A stretch of 64,000 bases of DNA from a virus, in IMG/VR virus record IMGVR_UViG_3300025732_000020, positions 71,408 through 135,407 of that record; one strand, given 5' to 3'. The notes below the pieces were generated by a model, which saw nothing but the letters and a program-made list of their open reading frames with translations, was not told the DNA's origin and did no database searches. The position numbers and the translations under genes were made by a program. Positions within the stretch are counted from its first letter, which is position 1. Each line of letters begins with the position of its first letter. Below are positions 48,533-56,139 of this stretch, piece by piece.

Positions 48533-50449
48533 ATGCCTGAACTTCAAGTACCGGAATGGATGAGCAAGGAAGCCGTGGATACCCTTTCACGTGGATATCT
48601 CTATCAAGGTGAGACTCCTCGTGGGATGTATGAGAGGGTCTCCCATCAAGCTGCCAAACTTCTCAACTATCCTGAGATCTCCCAAGATATTTTTGAGATG
48701 CTTTGGAAGGGATTCTTGGGTCTAGCCACCCCAGTAGCAAGCAATTTCGGTACTTCACGAGGGCTGCCCATCAGTTGCTACTCAAACCACCTCTCTGATT
48801 CTGTCCCATCCATTTACTCCCATCTCAAAGAATCCGCAGCACTCTCTCAACATGGAGGTGGAGTAGGAACTTACTTTGGGGACATTCGTCCCGCTGGAGC
48901 GCCTATTTCCTCTGGAGGTAAGAGTACTGGCATTGTGCCTTGGATGAGACAGTATGACCAATGTGCCTCTGTTGTCTCTCAAGGCGGTGTGAGACGTGGC
49001 AGTTTTGCACTCTACCTCCCCATTGACCACCCCGACCTGCCTGAAGTACTGCGTTCTAAAGACCACTCGCAAGGTGACCCACGCGATTTTATTGATAGTA
49101 ACATCGCTGTAACCATCTCTGATGAGTGGGTGGAGAGTATGATCCGTGGGGATAGGGATAAGCAAAAGATTTTTGGCGAGGTACTTAAAGCTAGAATGAT
49201 TAGCGGGTCCCCTTACATGATCTTTATTGATAATGCCAATCGTGCCAATCCAGAGTGCTATACGCAACGTGGACTTAGTGTAAAACTTAGCAATCTCTGC
49301 TCTGAGATCTTCCTTCATACCGATGAGAACCATACCTTCGTCTGTGTACTTTCCTCACTGAATCTCTCGCGTTGGGAGGAGTGGAAAGATTGGACAGGTC
49401 CAGCAACTGGCAAAACTGCCCCTGAACTGGCTGTATACCTCCTCGATGCTGTCGTTGAAGAATTCTGCCACAAGGCCGAACGTCTCACGTCTCTTGGAAG
49501 AGCCGTACGCTTCGCCCGTAAATCCCGTGCTCTGGGCCTTGGGACCATGGGTCTTCATGCTCTTTATCAGTCTAAAGATCTACCCTTTGCATCTGAAACC
49601 GCTCGTTCTTTGAACATCGAAGTCCACGAGTTCATCAAAGAAAAAGCAACTAAAGCCTCTAAAGATATGGCTGCCACTTATGGCGAGCCTGAATGGTGCC
49701 AAGGTACTGGCCTCCGTCATACCCACCTCATGGCTATTGCTCCAACCAAATCTAACTCTGTGATCTGTGGGGCTGGAAGTGAAGGTATCGAACCCATCGA
49801 TGCCAACTATTATGTTGCTAAGCAAGCTAAGGGCACTTTTGTTCGTAAAAACAAGTACCTCGTTGAGTATCTTGAATCGATTGGCCGTAATACCGAGGAG
49901 ACCTGGGAGTCAATTCTAGAATTCCGTGGATCGGTGCAACATCTAGACTTCCTTGATGATTATCACAAGGATGTATTTAAGACTGCACGGGAGATTGACC
50001 AGTTTGAATTGATTAAACAAGCATCCGATCGCCAAAAATTTGTCTGCCAAGGGCAATCAATTAATCTCTTTGTTGATCCCGAAGCCTCTCCTGATTATCT
50101 TTTCAGACTCCACCTCAGTGCATGGAAAGGAGGACTCAAGTCCCTTTACTATCTCAAGAGTAGTTCTCTTCTTGTAAAGCGTAAAAAGCTTGAGACTTCA
50201 TCTAAAACCGCGAAGATCATCACCAAGGAAACCTGTCCATACTGCGTCATGGCAAAATCCCTTCTCAGGTCGAAAGATTACAAGATTGAAGAGATTGACC
50301 GATCTGAAGTTCCAGACTCAGAGTTTCCTTACCGCACTGTTCCTCAGATCTGGATTAATGGACACCACATCGGAGGATATAATGAACTGGCAGAAAAGAT
50401 CGGTACTCCCGAAAAACAATATGGTGAATGTGCTGCCTGCGAGGGTTGA
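48533..50449 (+). CDS. nrdA: Ribonucleotide reductase class I alpha subunit, without ATP cone, with an internal glutaredoxin domain before the C-terminal CxxC tail
   Basis: PISCY, SNLCSE, FVCVLSSLN, LKSLYY; Grx motifs TCPYC, TVPQIW, IGGYNEL; C-terminal ECAACEG. Confidence 0.95.
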   Translation: MPELQVPEWMSKEAVDTLSRGYLYQGETPRGMYERVSHQAAKLLNYPEISQDIFEMLWKGFLGLATPVASNFGTSRGLPISCYSNHLSDSVPSIYSHLKESAALSQHGGGVGTYFGDIRPAGAPISSGGKSTGIVPWMRQYDQCASVVSQGGVRRGSFALYLPIDHPDLPEVLRSKDHSQGDPRDFIDSNIAVTISDEWVESMIRGDRDKQKIFGEVLKARMISGSPYMIFIDNANRANPECYTQRGLSVKLSNLCSEIFLHTDENHTFVCVLSSLNLSRWEEWKDWTGPATGKTAPELAVYLLDAVVEEFCHKAERLTSLGRAVRFARKSRALGLGTMGLHALYQSKDLPFASETARSLNIEVHEFIKEKATKASKDMAATYGEPEWCQGTGLRHTHLMAIAPTKSNSVICGAGSEGIEPIDANYYVAKQAKGTFVRKNKYLVEYLESIGRNTEETWESILEFRGSVQHLDFLDDYHKDVFKTAREIDQFELIKQASDRQKFVCQGQSINLFVDPEASPDYLFRLHLSAWKGGLKSLYYLKSSSLLVKRKKLETSSKTAKIITKETCPYCVMAKSLLRSKDYKIEEIDRSEVPDSEFPYRTVPQIWINGHHIGGYNELAEKIGTPEKQYGECAACEG

Positions 50450-50505
50450 TCTCACGCCCAATCCGTGATAGAATCTACAAGTAAACATTGTTCCTAATCA
50501 GTTCC

Positions 50506-50961
50506 ATGAATTTCGACTATTCTCAGTTCATCAATGAAGGCTATGCTTCTCAGCAAAAATACGCAAAAGCTGCTGGTCAACCCGGCCCACTTGATGAAAA
50601 TCTCTCTCGGGAAGATCGCCACGCGAAAGTAATCGAGTACATGGGACATCTTATCGAAGAAACAATCGAGGCTCGGGTATATGTCCCTCGCCGAAGCTGG
50701 AAGAATAACGAGCCTTCTTTCCTCGACTCCGACAAGAACCGTGAGGAGTTTATCGCTGAGATGTTTGATATCCTTCTCTTCCACCGAGCAGCACTTGCAT
50801 ATGCTGGCGTAAGTGGCGAAGAATTTGCAGAAATTGCCGCTAAGAAAATGAATTACAACTCCAAGCGAAAAGACCACAACGTTAATGGTACTGAGGAGGC
50901 TTCGCAGAATCCCACCGAAGAACTGCAGGGTAATTGCAAATCCGCTGATTTCAATGGCTAA
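50506..50961 (+). CDS. All-alpha NTP pyrophosphohydrolase, T4 gp56-like dCTPase/dUTPase
   Basis: LIEETIEA...RRSWK...EEFIAEMFDILLF...GVSGEEF...KKMNYNSKR parallels gp56 / dimeric dUTPase motifs; TGATAGAAT at 50466-50474. Confidence 0.65.
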   Translation: MNFDYSQFINEGYASQQKYAKAAGQPGPLDENLSREDRHAKVIEYMGHLIEETIEARVYVPRRSWKNNEPSFLDSDKNREEFIAEMFDILLFHRAALAYAGVSGEEFAEIAAKKMNYNSKRKDHNVNGTEEASQNPTEELQGNCKSADFNG

Positions 50962-51118
50962 AGATTACAGGGCATTTGGCGAAACCAAGTGCCATTTCTG
51001 TGACGGGAGAGGATTTATAATCCTCCAACAATCAACTCTGGAGGGTAAAATCCTCCCTAACCACGTAGAAGAATGTGAGCGATGCAATGGACAAGGATTT
51101 TTTAAGCAAGATAGCTAA
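50954..51118 (+). CDS. Small DnaJ-type zinc-finger protein
   Basis: Two CxxCxGxG motifs (CHFCDGRG, CERCNGQG); ATG at 50954. Confidence 0.65.
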   Translation: MAKDYRAFGETKCHFCDGRGFIILQQSTLEGKILPNHVEECERCNGQGFFKQDS

Positions 51119-51572
51119 AGGACAGATCCTTGTCCTTAACGCAACTTACGAACCAATAAACATAACCTCATGGAAGAGGGCATTTGTTCTCCTTTTAAAG
51201 GAAAAAGCACAACTTGTTAATCACAGAGTAATCAGACTTCTTGAATATATCAAGATTCCTTTTACAAAATTAAAAAACAACAAACCAACTAGAAGTGCTA
51301 TTTATCAACGAGACGGACACAAATGCCAATACTGTGGATCCACTCGTAAACTGACCATCGATCACATCATTCCTAAGTCTAAAGGTGGTACAGACTCATG
51401 GGATAATTTAGTTGTTGCTTGCTCTTCTTGTAATATTAGGAAAAGTGATAAGTATCTAGAGCATACCGGAATGAAACTTATTCGTAGGCCTGTTCAACCA
51501 CGTACTCACCTAGATATTGCCATAACTCAGACAAATATGGCAGAGTGGAAAGAGTTTTGCTTTATGGCTTAA
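51087..51572 (+). CDS. HNH endonuclease (McrA/HNH_5-like)
   Basis: ILVLNATYEPIN, IYQRDGHKCQYCG, LTIDHIIPKSKGG, WDNLVVACSSCN. Confidence 0.9.
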   Translation: MDKDFLSKIAKGQILVLNATYEPINITSWKRAFVLLLKEKAQLVNHRVIRLLEYIKIPFTKLKNNKPTRSAIYQRDGHKCQYCGSTRKLTIDHIIPKSKGGTDSWDNLVVACSSCNIRKSDKYLEHTGMKLIRRPVQPRTHLDIAITQTNMAEWKEFCFMA

Positions 51573-51586
51573 TAGATTAAAGTTCG

Positions 51587-51616
51587 GAGGGAGGAGGAAT
51601 CTTCCCTCTTTTTTTT
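51587..51616 (+). terminator. Intrinsic terminator
   Basis: GAGGGAGGA-GGAA-TCTTCCCTC followed by T8: 9 bp stem with a GNRA loop. Confidence 0.85.
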
Positions 51617-51625
51617 ATTGTAGTA

Positions 51626-52192
51626 ATGGACTTTTACTTCTCGTTTGGCAAAAAGAGACCTTCGGAAAAATCGACGGTTATCTCCGCTGCATTTATCTGG
51701 GGTATTTTAGAAGTAATTATTGACCCTCTACTTGATTTTATTAATCGTAGAGTATTGAATAAAATAAAAGGAGAGGAATTAAAACGGGTATTTGACGAGT
51801 TGGATATTTTCTGGCTTAGAAATGGTTTGAATAAAGACTACTCTGAGTCTGAAGTAAGACTAATCATCTCTATGTTTTTAAGAGCTATAAAAGACGACCA
51901 TCTGTCCCGTAAGGAACTCTTAACTCTTGTTGACTTTGTTCAGAGAAAGTGGTCGTCCTCTGAGGCATTACAAAAAACATTTACCCAGGTCGATGAAGTT
52001 ATAGAAGCTAGAGTAGAAGCAACTGTAGACCAAGCCATAGAACTCTATGAAAAGAAATATATGGAAAAGCCACAAACCCCAGAGGAATTTGTGGTCAGTA
52101 CTGCCGAGATTATCTTTCATGAGCCAGATGGTAGCACGGCTCAAGAGTTACTCGGTGGGATGATAGAAATTAAGAGTAGAATTATTTACTAA
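51626..52192 (+). CDS. Hypothetical protein with N-terminal hydrophobic segment
   Basis: 188 aa; VISAAFIWGILEVII; helical remainder. Confidence 0.55.
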   Translation: MDFYFSFGKKRPSEKSTVISAAFIWGILEVIIDPLLDFINRRVLNKIKGEELKRVFDELDIFWLRNGLNKDYSESEVRLIISMFLRAIKDDHLSRKELLTLVDFVQRKWSSSEALQKTFTQVDEVIEARVEATVDQAIELYEKKYMEKPQTPEEFVVSTAEIIFHEPDGSTAQELLGGMIEIKSRIIY

Positions 52193-53403
52193 ATAACCCA
52201 GAGGGACTTCATCGGATCTTTAGAGGCAGTATTATTCTGCCTTAAGATTTTGTATGTGCCATCTCCTTGGGTCTCAGGATCGATCCATTCTCTGTTACCA
52301 TCTAGAGCTTCAGCAATCTCTCTAATCCAGTCTGCAGCAGTACATGCCGGAACATTCTGGCAAATCACATTACTATGCTTAGTTGGAATTTGTACCTTTT
52401 TGGCATAATCATCAGGGAAACCCATGAGGGCTAGACCCTCAGAAACGGTTAACCATCTGTCCTCATGGGGATGCATCAGATGAGGAAGAGTTTTCCACAT
52501 AAGCGATTGTGTTCTATACCATGCAAGTTTCATACTTCCGTCCATGATATTCTTTCCGGCTCTTTTTTTCTCCAAGGTGTAGTTGAGCCAGCGACTTGCT
52601 CTCTCATCCTTGACTACTCTAGCGGCTTCTTCTAACCACCCTGAGTCATAGATTACGTTCCATACGGACGTCATTCTCTTAGAGGCAACATGAGCTAGAA
52701 TGTCCTGCTTTGTAGACCCGGTAAACTTAGACTCAATAAACTGCCAGAGGGGGTCTGCACTAGGAAGATTTTTATTATTTGACACCGACTCCGTAGGAGC
52801 GAAATGTCCCTCTCCTAGGAATTTATGGAAAGGCAGGAAGTCTTTTTTAACTGGCGCAAGGACCGGGACCTTGTTACCCTTCCACAAGAAAAAGAAACTT
52901 CTTGTCCGTTCTTGTGGCACGCCATGATTAATCGAGGTGGTCTTTACCAAACTCATTGTATAGCCATTTGCCTGGGCGAGGGAGTTAATTCTTTCTGCAA
53001 ACTCCTCTCCCATCTTGGAGTAGAGAGTTGGGGCGTTCTCGACCATAATTGCCTTAGGAGCAATTTTCTGCATAGCAAACTCAGCAGCATTGTACATATG
53101 CATGTTACTAGGAGCAGAACATCCACGTGGGTTGTTTGCTTTATCCCCAGAGGTGGTGTTGGCCATTGAGAGCCCAGCGCATGGAGGAAGTGACGTTACA
53201 ATATCTACATAGTCAGTAGGATAGTTCTTCTCATCGAAATCGTAAAATGGCACCTTATCCATGTACTTGAGACAGTACTGATCATTCGCACCAAATACAC
53301 TCCCCCAAGATGCAATCCACTTCGGATCTGACTGAAGGGCAATCGAAGTTCCTACAACACTTCCCCCTACGAGAGGGATGATATGACCATGAGTATACGT
53401 CAT
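52189..53403 (-). CDS. Divergent DNA cytosine-C5 methyltransferase
   Basis: Catalytic LPPCAGLS (IV), VENAP (VI), GVPQERTRSF (VIII), RWLTVSEGLALMGFP (IX), CQNVP (X); motif I reads IIPLVGG instead of FxGxGG. Confidence 0.8.
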   Translation of the reverse strand: MTYTHGHIIPLVGGSVVGTSIALQSDPKWIASWGSVFGANDQYCLKYMDKVPFYDFDEKNYPTDYVDIVTSLPPCAGLSMANTTSGDKANNPRGCSAPSNMHMYNAAEFAMQKIAPKAIMVENAPTLYSKMGEEFAERINSLAQANGYTMSLVKTTSINHGVPQERTRSFFFLWKGNKVPVLAPVKKDFLPFHKFLGEGHFAPTESVSNNKNLPSADPLWQFIESKFTGSTKQDILAHVASKRMTSVWNVIYDSGWLEEAARVVKDERASRWLNYTLEKKRAGKNIMDGSMKLAWYRTQSLMWKTLPHLMHPHEDRWLTVSEGLALMGFPDDYAKKVQIPTKHSNVICQNVPACTAADWIREIAEALDGNREWIDPETQGDGTYKILRQNNTASKDPMKSLWVI

Positions 53404-53479
53404 GTGATATAATAATTAAGTCTAGAGTTCCTTAGACTAAAAATCCTCGGTTTAAAGATTATGGAGGATAAATTTAGCA

Positions 53480-53776
53480 ATGGATAAAAAACTCTCGGCT
53501 CAAGACTATATGGAAATCTTGAAAAAGAAACGTCAAGATGGCTCGTATGACTATGCCGATCGTGTCTTTTATAAAGGCAAAGTAATGCTTAAATGCCCCC
53601 CAGGAGCTACTAAGATGGGGAACACATGCGTCCCATCTGCTGCCACTGCAGCTGCCGCTGGACCAGGTAAGAACTGGCAAAAAGATCTCGGAGGCATTAA
53701 CCCTCAACAAGTTCAGCAATTAGGCGTTGCAAAAACGTCTAAGGATGTAAAAAAAGCTAGGGAAAAGAATGGATGA
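53480..53776 (+). CDS. Small basic hypothetical protein
   Basis: 98 aa; KCPPGATKMGNTC; GGAGG and GTTTAAAG upstream. Confidence 0.6.
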   Translation: MDKKLSAQDYMEILKKKRQDGSYDYADRVFYKGKVMLKCPPGATKMGNTCVPSAATAAAAGPGKNWQKDLGGINPQQVQQLGVAKTSKDVKKAREKNG

Positions 53777-55010
53777 GCCAATCATCGTTACTAATGGGCG
53801 ATTCTCGGTGTCTATAGGTATCTCTAAAAAACAAATTCAAAACACAGATTTTTCTGGAATAGAAAAATTAGAACCTGGAGTGCCCGATGGTGCCACTGTT
53901 TGGAAAACACAAAGTGGTAGAACAGTAAAAAGAAATCCAGTCACTAATAGATGGTCTTACGTTGATCTTCCTAAATCAGTAAAGAATGATTCCGATGATC
54001 ATGAAGCTATTGAGAAAGAGATTAATGACTTTCTTTCTAACTCTGTAGAAGAATTGATTAAGGAATTAACAACAGAAAGCACTATCAATAGACCAGATAT
54101 CTCTGGGGAGATTAAATCAGAAAAAAGCCATGGGAAGTATACATTAAGCTTAGATGAAGCTAAGTCTTTTCATGAATACCTAAAAAATCCAAAGTCACAG
54201 GAGAAATATTACGTTAGTGCTGACAGTGTAGATAATGTAATAGATAAGTTAAAACAGTCTCCTAATTTTACAAATAACCTTAAAAGGATAGCCTCTAAAG
54301 GAAGCATATCCACTAGAGGAGTTAACCTTGAAGATAGGGCTCGTAAAGTAATAAGGTTTTACCTATCTACTGGCGGTAGGTGCGCTGTTACAGGCGAAAA
54401 AATGAGTTTTAGTAATCTTCAATTAGATCATAAGATTCCTTTATCACTAAAAGGCTCAGATACAGAGGATAACTGGGCAATGATGAAACCAAAATTCAAT
54501 CAATTTAAGAGAAACTTACTGGGAGATAAGTTATTTAATAAATTAAATAAAGAAATAAATCTTCCAGAGCATTTAAGAAAGATAAGACAATTAAAAAATG
54601 AATCACTAAATAACGTTAGAAGTACCTGGGGTAACTTCCTAAGAGCATCAGACGCGGATACTATAGCAGTATCTTTACAGCCTGAACAGGTAAAGAGTTT
54701 AATAAAGGGTACTAAAGGTACAGAAGTATTGAAAGCTTTGCTAAATAAATTTGAAATTTCTTACTATACGCCATCTAATGATGGGATTAGAAGTAGAGGT
54801 TTAGTACTATCTAAGCAAAAAATGGCTAATCTGCTTTTAGATAGAATTAAAAATATTAAAGAAAATAATAAGAATATAGACATATCTATTTCATCTGCTT
54901 TTGAATTTCCAGATACCTCAAAGGATAATGATTATGATAAAAAGATCAAGGAAATTAGGGCAGAACAAAAATTAAAAACCAGTAATCAAAAACAAAACAA
55001 ACTACAATGA
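53769..55010 (+). CDS. HNH-domain nuclease with a long N-terminal region
   Basis: GRCAVTG...LQLDHKIPLSLKGSDTEDNW...FNQFK; AT-rich. Confidence 0.7.
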   Translation: MDEPIIVTNGRFSVSIGISKKQIQNTDFSGIEKLEPGVPDGATVWKTQSGRTVKRNPVTNRWSYVDLPKSVKNDSDDHEAIEKEINDFLSNSVEELIKELTTESTINRPDISGEIKSEKSHGKYTLSLDEAKSFHEYLKNPKSQEKYYVSADSVDNVIDKLKQSPNFTNNLKRIASKGSISTRGVNLEDRARKVIRFYLSTGGRCAVTGEKMSFSNLQLDHKIPLSLKGSDTEDNWAMMKPKFNQFKRNLLGDKLFNKLNKEINLPEHLRKIRQLKNESLNNVRSTWGNFLRASDADTIAVSLQPEQVKSLIKGTKGTEVLKALLNKFEISYYTPSNDGIRSRGLVLSKQKMANLLLDRIKNIKENNKNIDISISSAFEFPDTSKDNDYDKKIKEIRAEQKLKTSNQKQNKLQ

Positions 55011-55249
55011 TTGAAAGAATCTCAAAACCGATTCGCTTTGATAAGCAAATCCCTTGGCTCGTAGTAGCCCGTGACGGAGAAAAATTCTTTGTCGCTAAAG
55101 AAGATGTAATTGCCGAGGACCCAAGTATGGAACTCATTGAGATGGGAAGTCGTTCCCTTCTCCAGTGGGCAATGGAGTATGACTACCCACTCCGTAAATT
55201 TGTAAAACTCCAAAAAATATTAGTCAAGAAATATTTCGATATCCAATGA
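55007..55249 (+). CDS. Small hypothetical protein
   Basis: 80 aa; ATGA overlap with the upstream gene. Confidence 0.55.
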   Translation: MIERISKPIRFDKQIPWLVVARDGEKFFVAKEDVIAEDPSMELIEMGSRSLLQWAMEYDYPLRKFVKLQKILVKKYFDIQ

Positions 55250-55264
55250 GCAGGGGGTTTCTCA

Positions 55265-55273
55265 TGATAGAAT
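55265..55273 (+). promoter_or_regulatory. Putative early/middle extended -10 promoter TGATAGAAT (representative copy; about 9 copies listed in findings)
   Basis: TGn-TA(T/G/A)AAT upstream of the kinase, thioredoxin, 44348, nrdB, nrdA, dCTPase-like, TS-like and primase genes. Confidence 0.7.
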
Positions 55274-55302
55274 GATGATCAAATCATTCATCACGGGAGA
55301 CC

Positions 55303-56139
55303 ATGACTCTGTCATTTGACTATCAGTACATCAAGATTGCAAAAGAAATCCTTTCCGAAGGGACCGAAGTTGTCGGCCGAAATGATCTCCGCTATAAGCA
55401 GATGTTCGGCCAGACAATCAAAGTCGATCTTCGGGAGGGATTTCCTGCATTGACTATTCGCAAGATGCCCATCCGTAATCTCTTCCGAGAATTTATGTGG
55501 GATGTCAATGGAGACTACCAAGTCACCAACCTGGGTCCAGCCAAGCACTTCTGGGACTTCCTTGCGGACACCGAAGGCCGTCTCGCAGGATCTTATGGAC
55601 GCTCATGGCGATCTTGGCCCCAGGTCTGCCCTGAGCAGAATATGCAATGGGAAAACTTCCGTAGTGGACCCTTTGATCAACTTAAGTGGATTTGGGAACA
55701 ACTCCGCACTAACCCAACTAATCGCCAACTTGTTCTTCAAACTTTCAATCCTGCTTACGACTCTCTTCACTGCCCTCCTTGTCATCCTAACGTCACTTTT
55801 TCTAGCGATGGGACTTATCTCGATGTTCTGGTAACTGCTCGGAGTAATGACATGGCCACTGGAGTGCCACTAGACATGTTCCGTTATAGTCTTCTTACCA
55901 TCAAGATGGCTCAAGATGCCGGCCTCACTCCCCGATTTGTGATGTTCGCTTCTGCAAACAACCACATCTACTCCCAAAATGAGATGGCCATTGAGTCTAT
56001 TATCAAGAACGTTCCTATGACACCCTGTGACGTATGGATCAATAACGAAAAAACTCTATTTGAACTCGATCCAGAGACCGACTTCGAACTGATTGACTAC
56101 GAGTCTTATCCGTCAGTTCGTATGGAGGTTGCAAACTGA
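55303..56139 (+). CDS. Thymidylate-synthase-fold enzyme with Asp at the Asn177-equivalent site; candidate dCMP methyl/hydroxymethyltransferase
   Basis: FREFMW, SYGRSW, CPPCH (catalytic Cys at 55780-55782), RSNDMATGVPLD (GAC at 55873-55875), HIY, C-terminal EVAN; the fold is confident, the substrate is inferred. Confidence 0.85.
   Translation: MTLSFDYQYIKIAKEILSEGTEVVGRNDLRYKQMFGQTIKVDLREGFPALTIRKMPIRNLFREFMWDVNGDYQVTNLGPAKHFWDFLADTEGRLAGSYGRSWRSWPQVCPEQNMQWENFRSGPFDQLKWIWEQLRTNPTNRQLVLQTFNPAYDSLHCPPCHPNVTFSSDGTYLDVLVTARSNDMATGVPLDMFRYSLLTIKMAQDAGLTPRFVMFASANNHIYSQNEMAIESIIKNVPMTPCDVWINNEKTLFELDPETDFELIDYESYPSVRMEVAN

Noticed and set aside
45934-50449. Group I introns or inteins in nrdB/nrdA (and terL)
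   Set aside because: All three reading frames are continuous, with normal motif spacing and lengths; the endonucleases are free-standing
55303-56139. Plain thyA annotation
   Set aside because: The Asn177-equivalent is Asp and the region reads RSND, so dUMP specificity cannot be assumed; gene symbol withheld
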